Shown piece after piece: positions 54,401-64,000 of a stretch of DNA of 64,000 nucleotides. Within the stretch, counting starts at the first letter, position 1. Every line of letters starts with the position of its first letter. The notes beneath the pieces are model-generated. The model searched no databases and had not been told where the DNA came from. It worked only from the letters and a program-made list of their open reading frames with translations. The translations under genes and the position numbers were made by a program. Where the stretch lies: positions 245,458,001 through 245,522,000 of the forward strand of contig OZ024741.1 in NCBI GenBank assembly GCA_964016885.1, written 5' to 3'. This DNA is from Eledone cirrhosa. Lineage: Eukaryota.

Positions 54401-57400
54401 GGATTTTTTTAATGGATTTTTTTAATGGTTTTTTTTTAATGGATTTTTTTTTAATGGATTTTTTAAATGGATTTTTTTAATGGATTTTTTTTAATGGGTT
54501 TTTTAAATGGATTTTTTAATGGATTTTTAATGGATTTTTAATGGATTTTTAATGGGTTTTTAATGGATTTTTTTAAATGGATTTTTTTAATGGATTTTTA
54601 ATGGATTTTTTTAAATTGATTTTTTTTAATGGATTTTTTTTTTAATGGATTTTTTTTTAATGGATTTTTTTTTAATGGATTTTTTAATGGGTTTTTTAAA
54701 TGGATTTTTTAATGGATTTTTAATGGATTTTTAATGGGTTTTTTTAAATTGATTTTTTTAATGGGTTTTTTTTAATGGCTTTTTTTTAATGGGTTTTTTT
54801 AATGGCTTTTTTAAATGGATTTTTTTAATGGATTTTTTAATGGATTTTTTTAATGGGTTTTTTAAATGGATTTTTTAATGGATTTTTTAAATGGATTTTT
54901 TTAATGGATTTTTAATGGATTTTTTTAAATTGATTTTTTTTAATGGATTTTTTTTAATGGATTTTTTTAATGGGTTTTTTTAATGGCTTTTTTAAATGGA
55001 TTTTTTTAATGGTTTTTTTTTAATGGGTTTTTTTAATGGATTTTTTAATGGATTTTTAATTGATTTTTAATGGATTTTTAATGGGTTTTTAATGGATTTT
55101 TGAAATGGATTTTTTAATGGATTTTTTTTAATGGGTTTTTTAAATGGATTTTTTTAATGGATTTTTAATGGATTTTTAATGGATTTTTAATGGGTTTTTA
55201 ATGGATTTTTTAAATGGATTTTTTTAATGGATTTTTAATGGATTTTTTAAATTGATTTTTTTTAATGGGTTTTTTTAAATGGATTTTTTTTAATGGATTT
55301 TTTAAATGGATTTTTTAATGGCTTTTTTTAATGGGTTTTTTAAATGGATTTTTTAATGGATTTTTAATGGATTTTTAATGCATTTTTAATGGATTTTTAA
55401 TGGATTTTTTAATGACTTTTTTTAAATGGATTTTTAATGGATTTTTTTCTATGGATTTTTTTTAATGGATTTTTTTTAATGGATTTTTTTTTTTAATGGA
55501 TTTTTTTTTAATGGGTTTTTTTAATGGCTTTTTTAAATGGATTTTATTAATGGATTTTTTTAATGGATTTTTTTAATGGATTTTTTTAATGGTTTTTTTA
55601 AATGGATTTTTTAATGGATTTTTAATGGATTTTTAATGGATTTTTAATGGGTTTTTAATGGATTTTTTAAATGGATTTTTTTAATGGATTTTTAATGGAT
55701 TTTTTTAATGGATTTTTTTTAATGGTTTCTTTTAATGGATTTTTTTTTAATGGATTTTTTTTAATGGGTTTTTTTTTTAATGGATTTTTTTTAATGGATT
55801 TTTTTAATGGATTTTTTAATGGATTTTTAATGGATTATTTTTAATGGATTTTTTTTAATGGATTTTTTTAATGGATTTTTTAATGGATTTTTTTATGGAT
55901 TTTTTTTAATGGATTTTTTTTAATGGATTTTTTAAATGGATTTTTTAAATGGATTTTTTTAATGGATTTTTTTAATGGATTTCTTTTTAATGGATTTTTT
56001 AAATGGATTTTTTTAATGGATTTTTTAATGGGTTTTTTAAATGGATTTTTTAATGTATTTTTAATGGATTTTTAATGGATTTTTAATGGGTTTTTAATGG
56101 ATTTTTTTAAATGGATTTTTTTAATGGATTTTTAATGGATTTTTTTAATGGATTTTTTTTAATGGGTTTTTTTTAATGGATTTTTTTTTAATGGATTTTT
56201 TTAATGGGTTTTTTTTTTAATGGATTTTTTTTAATGGATTTTTTAAATGGATTTTTTTAATGGATTTTTTTTAATGGGTTTTTTTAAATGGATTTTTTTA
56301 AATGGATTTTTTTTAATGGATTTTTTAAATGAATTTTTTTAATGGATTTTTTTAATGGGTTTTTTAAATGGATTTTTTAATGGATTTTTAATGGATTTTT
56401 AATGGGTTTTTAATGGATTTTTTAATGGATTTTTTTAAATGGATTTTTTTAATGGATTTTTAATGGATTTTTTTAATGGATTTTTTTAATGGATTTTTTA
56501 ATGGATTTTTTTATGGATTTTTTTTAATGGATTTTTTTTAATGGATTTTTTAAATGGATTTTTTTAATGGATTTTTTTAATGGGTTTTTTTTAATGGATT
56601 TTTTTTTAATGGATTTTTTAAATGGATTTTTTTAATAGATTTTTTTTAATGGGTTTTTTAAATGGATTTTTTAATGGATTTTTAATGGATTTATAATGGA
56701 TTTTTAATGGGTTTTTAATGGATTTTTTTAAATGGATTTTTTTAATGGATTTTTAATGGATTTTTTTAAATTGATTTTTTTTAATGGATTTTTTTTTTAA
56801 TGGATTTTTTTTTAATGGATTTTTTTTAATGGATTTTTTTTAATGGGTTTTTTAAATGGATTTTTTACTGGATTTTTAATGGATTTTTAATGGGTTTTTA
56901 ATGGATTTTTTTAAATGGATTTTTTTAATGGATTTTTAATGGATTTTTTTAAATTGATTTTTTTAATGGGTTTTTTTTAATGGCTTTTTTTTTAATGGGT
57001 TTTTTTAATGGCTTTTTTAAATGGATTTTTTAAATGGATTTTTTTAATGGATTTTTTTTAATGGATTTTTTAAATGGATTTTTTTAATGGATTTTTTTAA
57101 TGGTTTTTTTTTAATGGATTTTTTTTAATGGATTTTTTAAATGGATTTTTTTAATGGATTTTTTTTAATGGGTTTTTTAAATGGATTTTTTAATGGATTT
57201 TTAATGGATTTTTAATGGATTTTTAATGGGTTTTTAATGGATTTTTTAAATGGATTTTTTTAATGGATTTTTAATGGATTTTTTTAAATTGATTTTTTTT
57301 AATGGATTTTTTTTAATGGATTTTTTTTTTAATGGATTTTTTTAATGGGTTTTTTTAATGGCTTTTTTAAATGGATTTTTTTAATGGATTTTTTTAATGG

Positions 57401-59360
57401 ATTTTTTTTAATGGGTTTTTTAAATGGATTTTTTAATGGATTTTTAATGGATTTTTAATGGGTTTTTAATGGATTTTTTAAATGGATTTTTTTAATGGAT
57501 TTTTTTTAATGGGTTTTTTAAATGGATTTTTTTAATGGATTTTTAATGGATTTTTAATGGATTTTTAATGGGTTTTTAATGGATTTTTTAAATGGATTTT
57601 TTTAATGGATTTTTTATGGATTTTTTAAATTGATTTTTTTTAATGGATTTTTTTTAATGGATTTTTTTTAATGGATTTTTTTTTTAATGGATTTTTTTTT
57701 AATGGGTTTTTTTAATGGCTTTTTTAAATGGATTTTTTTAATGGATTTTTTTAATGGGTTTTTTAAATGGATTTTTTAATGGATTTTTAATGGATTTTTA
57801 ATGGATTTTTAATGGGTTTTTAATGGATTTTTTAAATGGATTTTTTTAATGGATTTTTAATGGATTTTTTTAATGGATTTTTTTTAATGGGTTTTTTTAA
57901 ATGGATTTTTTTTTAATGGATTTTTTTTAATGGATTTTTTTAATGGATTTTTTAAATGGATTTTTTTAATGGATTTTTTTTAATGGGTTTTTTTAAATGG
58001 ATTTTTTTTAATGGATTTTTTAAATGAATTTTTTTAATGGATTTTTTTAATGGGTTTTTTAAATGGATTTTTTAATGGATTTTTAATGGATTTTTAATGG
58101 GTTTTTAATGGATTTTTTAATGGATTTTTTTAAATGGATTTTTTTAATGGATTTTTAATGGATTTTTTTTAATGGATTTTTTTAATGGATTTTTTAATGG
58201 ATTTTTTTATGGATTTTTTTTAATGGATTTTTTTTAATGGATTTTTTAAATGGATTTTTTTAATGGATTTTTTTAATGGTTTTTTTTTAATGGATTTTTT
58301 TTAATGGATTTTTTAAATGGATTTTTTTAATGGATTTTTTTTAATGGGTTTTTTAAATGGATTTTTTAATGGATTTTTAATGGATTTTTAATGGATTTTT
58401 AATGGGTTTTTAATGGATTTTTTTAAATGGATTTTTTTAATGGATTTTTAATGGATTTTTTTAAATTGATTTTTTTTAATGGATTTTTTTTTAATGGATT
58501 TTTTTTTAATGGATTTTTTTTTTATGGATTTTTTTTAATGGGTTTTTTAAATGGATTTTATAAATGGATTTTTTTAATGGGTTTTTTTTAATGGATTTTT
58601 TTTAATGGATTTTTTAAATGGATTTTTTTAATGGATTTTTTTTAATGGGTTTTTTAAATGGATTTTTTAATGGATTTTTAATGGATTTTTAATGGATTTT
58701 TAATGGGTTTTTAATGGATTTTTTTAAATGGATTTTTTTAATGGATTTTTAATGGATTTTTTTAATGGATTTTTTTTAATTGTTTCTTTTAATGGATTTT
58801 TTTTTAATGGATTTTTTTTAATGGGTTTTTTTTTAATGGATTTTTTTTAATGGAATTTTTAAATGGATTTTTTTAATGGATTTTTTTTAATGGGTTATTT
58901 TAAATGGATTTTTTTTAATGGATTTTTTTTTAATGGATTTTTTTTAATGGATTTTTTTTAATGGGTTTTTTAAATGGATTTTTTACTGGATTTTTAATGG
59001 ATTTTTAATGGGTTTTTAATGGATTTTTTTAAATGGATTTTTTTTAATGGATTTTTAATGGATTTTTTTTAATTGATTTTTTTAATGGGTTTTTTTTTAA
59101 TGGCTTTTTTTAATGGGTTTTTTTAATGGCTTTTTTAAATGGATTTTTTAAATGGATTTTTTTAATGGATTTTTTTAAATGGATTTTTTTAATGGATTTT
59201 TAATGGATTTTTTTAAATTGATTTTTTTTAATGGATTTTTTTTAATGGATTTTTTTTTTAATGGATTTTTTTAATGGGTTTTTTTAATGGCTTTTTTAAA
59301 TGGATTTTTTTAATGGTTTTTTTTAATGGGTTTTTAAATGGATTTTTTAATGGATTTTTA
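48468..59360. repeat. Large tandem duplication, copy 2 (~10.9 kb; has 462 bp absent from copy 1)
   Basis: Matching landmarks at 48686, 48761, 50216, 50331, 51111, 52789, 53584, 55837, 58786, 58897. Confidence 0.92.
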
Positions 59361-62300
59361 ATTGATTTTTAATGGATTTTTAATGGGTTTTTAATGGATT
59401 TTTAATGGATTTTTTAAATTGATTTTTTTTAATGGGTTTTTTTAAATGGATTTTTTTAATGGATTTTTTAAATGGATTTTTTAATGGCTTTTTTAAATGG
59501 GTTTTTTAAATGGATTTTTTAATGGATTTTTAATGGATTTTTAATGGATTTTTAATGGATTTTTAATGGATTTTTTAATGACTTTTTTAAATAGATTTTT
59601 TTAATGGATTTTTAATGGATTTTTTTTAATGGATTTTTTTTAATGGATTTTTTTTAATGGATTTTTTTTTTTTAATGGATTTCTTTTTAATGGGTTTTTT
59701 TAATGGCTTTTTTAAATGGATTTTTTTAATGGATTTTTTTAATGGGTTTTTTAAATGGATTTTTTAATGGATTTTTAATGGATTTTTAATGGATTTTTAA
59801 TGGGTTTTTAATGGATTTTTTAAATGGATTTTTTTAATGGATTTTTAATGGATTTTTTTAATGGATTTTTAATGGATTTTTTTAAATTGATTTTTTTTAA
59901 TGGATTTTTTTTAATGGATTTTTTTTTTAATGGATTTTTTTAATGGGTTTTTTTAATGGCTTTTTTAAATGGATTTTTTTAATGGATTTTTTTAATGGAT
60001 TTTTTTTAATGGGTTTTTTAAATGGATTTTTTAATGGATTTTTAATGGATTTTTAATGGGTTTTTAATGGATTTTTTAAATGGATTTTTTTAATGGATTT
60101 TTTTTAATGGGTTTTTTAAATGGATTTTTTTAATGGATTTTTAATGGATTTTTAATGGATTTTTAATGGGTTTTTAATGGATTTTTTAAATGGATTTTTT
60201 TAATGGATTTTTTATGGATTTTTTAAATTGATTTTTTTTAATGGATTTTTTTTAATGGATTTTTTTTAATGGATTTTTTTTTTAATGGATTTTTTTTTAA
60301 TGGGTTTTTTTAATGGCTTTTTTAAATGGATTTTTTTAATGGATTTTTTTAATGGGTTTTTTAAATGGATTTTTTAATGGATTTTTAATGAATTTTTAAT
60401 GGATTTTTAATGGGTTTTTAATGGATTTTTTAAATGGATTTTTTTAATGGATTTTTAATGGATTTTTTTAATGGATTTTTTTTAATGGGTTTTTTTAAAT
60501 GGATTTTTTTTTAATGGATTTTTTTTAATGGATTTTTTTAATGGATTTTTTAAATGGATTTTTTTAATGGATTTTTTTTAATGGGTTTTTTTAAATGGAT
60601 TTTTTTTAATGGATTTTTTAAATGAATTTTTTTAATGGATTTTTTTAATGGGTTTTTTAAATGGATTTTTTAATGGATTTTTAATGGATTTTTAATGGGT
60701 TTTTAATGGATTTTTTAATGGATTTTTTTAAATGGATTTTTTTAATGGATTTTTAATGGATTTTTTTTAATGGATTTTTTTAATGGATTTTTTAATGGAT
60801 TTTTTTATGGATTTTTTTTAATGGATTTTTTTTAATGGATTTTTTAAATGGATTTTTTTAATGGATTTTTTTAATGGGTTTTTTTTAATGGATTTTTTTT
60901 AATGGATTTTTTAAATGGATTTTTTTAATGGATTTTTTTTAATGGGTTTTTTAAATGGATTTTTTAATGGATTTTTAATGGATTTTTAATGGATTTTTAA
61001 TGGGTTTTTAATGGATTTTTTTAAATGGATTTTTTTAATGGATTTTTAATGGATTTTTTTAAATTGATTTTTTTTAATGGATTTTTTTTTAATGGATTTT
61101 TTTTTAATGGATTTTTTTTTAATGGATTTTTTTTAATGGGTTTTTTAAATGGATTTTATAAATGGATTTTTTTAATGGATTTTTTTTAATGGGTTTTTTA
61201 AATGGATTTTTTAATGGATTTTTTTAAATGGATTTTTTTAATGGATTTTTAATGGATTTTTTTAAATTGATTTTTTTTAATGGATTTTTTTTAATGGATT
61301 TTTTTTTTAATGGATTTTTTTAATGGGTTTTTTTAATGGCTTTTTTAAATGGATTTTTTTAATGGATTTTTTTAATGGATTTTTTTAATGGGTTTTTTAA
61401 ATGGATTTTTTAATGGATTTTTAATGGATTTTTAATGGATTTTTAATGGGTTTTTAATGGATTTTTTAAATGGATTTTTTTAATGGATTTTTTTTAATGG
61501 GTTTTTTAAATGGATTTTTTTAATGGATTTTTAATGGATTTTTAATGGATTTTTAATGGGTTTTTAATGGATTTTTTATGGATTTTTTAAATTGATTTTT
61601 TTAAATGGATTTTTTTAATGGATTTTTAATGGATTTTTTTAAATTGATTTTTTTAATGGGTTTTTTTTAATGGCTTTTTATAATGGGTTTTTTTAATGGC
61701 TTCTTTAAATGGATTTTTTTAATGGATTTTTTTAATGGATTTTTTTTAATGGGTTTTTTAAATGGATTTTTTAATGGATTTTTTTAAATGGATTTTATTA
61801 ATGGATTTTTAATGGATTTTTTTAAATTGATTTTTTTTAATGGATTTTTTTTAATGGATTTTTTTTTTAATATATTTTTTTAATGGGTTTTTTAAATGGA
61901 TTTTTTAATGGATTTTTAATGGATTTTTAATGGGTTTTTAATGGATTTTTTAAATGGATTTTTTTAATGGATTTTTTTTAATGGGTTTTTTAAATGGATT
62001 TTTTTAATGGATTTTTAATGGATTTTTAATGGATTTTTAATGGGTTTTTAATGGATTTTTTAAATGGATTTTTTTAATGGATTTTTAATGGATTTTTTAA
62101 ATTGATTTTTTTTAATGGGTTTTTTTAAATGGATTTTTTTAATGGATTTTTTAAATGGATTTTTTAATGGCTTTTTTAAATGGGTTTTTTAAATGGATTT
62201 TTTAATGGATTTTTAATGGATTTTTAATGGATTTTTAATGGATTTTTAATGGATTTTTTAATGACTTTTTTAAATGGATTTTTTTAATGGATTTTTAATG

Positions 62301-62700
62301 GATTTTTTTTAATGGATTTTTTTTAATGGATTTTTTTTAATGGATTTTTTTTTTTAATGGATTTTTTTTTAATGGGTTTTTTTAATGGCTTTTTTAAATG
62401 GATTTTTTTAATGGATTTTTTTAATGGGTTTTTTAAATGGATTTTTTAATGGATTTTTAATGGATTTTTAATGGATTTTTAATGGGTTTTTAATGGATTT
62501 TTTAAATGGATTTTTTTAATGGATTTTTAATGGATTTTTTTAATGGATTTTTTTTAATGGGTTTTTTTTAATGGATTTTTTTTTAATGGATTTTTTTAAT
62601 GGGTTTTTTTTAATGGATTTTTTTAATGGATTTTTTAAATGGATTTTTTTAATGGATTTTTTTTAATGGGTTTTTTTAAATGGATTTTTTTTAATGGATT
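57040..62700. repeat. ~5.6 kb dispersed copy of ~29.0-34.65 kb (offset ~28.04-28.05 kb)
   Basis: ATTGTTTCT 30751/58786, GGAATTTTT 30820/58855, ACTGGA 30950/58986, AATGAC 31544/59582, GGATTTCTTTTT 31643/59683, GGCTTCTTT 33651/61703, AATATA 33817/61869, AATGAC 34213/62265. Confidence 0.87.
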
Positions 62701-64000
62701 TTTTAAATGGATTTTTTTTAATGGGTTTTTTAAATGGATTTTTTAATGGATTTTTTTAAATGGATTTTTTTAATGGATTTTTAATGGATTTTTTTAAATT
62801 GATTTTTTTTGGATTTTTTTTAATGGATTTTTTTTTTTATGGATTTTTTTAATGGGTTTTTTTAATGGCTTTTTTAAATGGATTTTTTAATGGATTTTTT
62901 TAATGGATTTTTCTTAATGGGTTTTTTAAATGGATTTTTTAATGGATTTTTAATGGATTTTTAATGGATTTTTAATGGGTTTTTAATGGATTTTTTAAAT
63001 GGATTTTTTTAATGGATTTTTTTTAATGGGTTTTTAAATGGATTTTTTTAATGGATTTTTAATGGATTTTTAATGGATTTTTAATGGGTTTTTAATGGAT
63101 TTTTTAAATGGATTTTTTTAATGGATTTTTAATGGATTTTTTAAATTGATTTTTTTTAATGGGTTTTTTTAAATGGATTTTTTTAAATGGATTTTTTAAA
63201 TGGATTTTATAATGGCTTTTTTTAATGGGTTTTTTAAATAGATTTTTTAATGAATTTTTAATGGATTTTTAATGGATTTTTAATGGATTTTTAATGGATT
63301 TTTTAATGACTTTTTTTAAATGGATTTTTTTAATGGATTTTTAATGGATTTTTTTTAATGGATTTTTTTTAATGGATTTTTTTAATGGATTTTTTTTTTT
63401 TTTATGGATTTTTTTTAATGGGTTTTTTTAATGGCTTTTTTAAATGGATTTTTTTAATGGATTTTTTTAATGGATTTTTTAAATGGGTTTTTTAAATGGA
63501 TTTTTTAATGTATTTTTAATGGATTTTTAATGGATTTTTAATGGTTTTTTAATGGATTTTTAATGGATTTTTTTAATGGATTTTTAATGGATTTTTTTAA
63601 TGGATTTTTTTTAATGGGTTTTTTTAATGGATTTTTTTTAATGAATTTTTTTTAATGGGTTTTTTTTTAATGGATTTTTTTTAATGGATTTTTTAAATGG
63701 ATTTTTTTAATGGGTTTTTTTATAGGGTTTTTTTAAATGGATTTTTTTAAATGGATTTTTTAAATGAATTTTTTTAATGGATTTTTTTAATGGGTTTTTT
63801 AAATGGATTTTTTAATGGATTTTTAATGGATTTTTAATGGGTTTTTAATGGATTTTTTAATGGATTTTTTTAAATGGATTTTTTTAATGGATTTTTAATG
63901 GATTTGTTTTAATGGATTTTTTTAATGGATTTTTTAATGGATTTTTTTATGGATTTTTTTTAATGGATTTTTTTTAATGGATTTTTTAAATGGATTTTTT

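Larger units (their letters stand above)
1..64000. repeat. Tandem satellite array, monomer (A)AATGG[A/G/C]T(5-14); reverse strand A(n)TCCATT; runs off both window ends
   Basis: Every line consists of AATGGA+T-run units with recurrent variants AAATGGA, AATGGG, AATGGC, AAATTGA, AATGAA, AATGGT, TATGGA. No inversion or non-repeat insertion seen. Confidence 0.99.

Noticed and set aside
1-64000. Telomerase-made irregular telomeric tract (T-rich/G-containing strand, variable T number)
   Set aside because: No match to a telomere motif I know, mostly GG rather than GGG, and exact multi-kb copies of the length pattern point to recombinational amplification rather than de novo addition. A subtelomeric location cannot be excluded without chromosome position.
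1-64000. CRISPR-like repeat-spacer array
   Set aside because: Constant part is only 5-6 bp, the variable part is a homopolymer, and there are no unique spacers or cas genes.
1-64000. Human HSat2/3 (AATGG/CATTC) satellite
   Set aside because: Shares AATGG, but HSat2/3 are based on tandem GGAAT pentamers without long T-runs.
1-64000. Pure sequencing noise or synthetic low-complexity filler
   Set aside because: Rare substitutions and run lengths are co-inherited in nested duplications with a consistent chronology, which random noise would not give; local errors and false duplications remain possible.
1-64000. Overlapping stop-start TAATG, slippery T-runs, and terminator-like T-tracts as functional signals
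   Set aside because: They are inevitable in this monomer, with no coding or transcription-unit context and no GC-rich hairpins.

Overview
The whole 64-kb window is one uninterrupted, single-orientation, very AT-rich tandem satellite. The monomer is (A)AATGG[A/G/C] followed by a T-run of variable length (mostly T5-T10, occasionally T11-T14), about 11-16 bp in all, roughly 5,000 copies by estimate. I see no genes, RNA genes, mobile elements or unique sequence; the two 60-aa ORFs are a by-product of the repeat. The information lies in the order of T-run lengths and rare monomer variants. Using rare variants as landmarks, the array resolves into nested higher-order repeats: three tandem copies of a ~7.5-8.6 kb unit (1-20.4 kb), a diverged zone (20.4-25.2 kb), a zone built from a ~1.3 kb module (25-37 kb), a near-perfect ~10.7-11.2 kb tandem duplication (37.8-59.4 kb), and a ~5.6 kb block copied 28 kb away. 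All coordinates and offsets were counted by eye and may be off by a few bases; block boundaries are approximate. The organism cannot be identified from this window, though the pattern is typical of eukaryotic heterochromatic satellite DNA.
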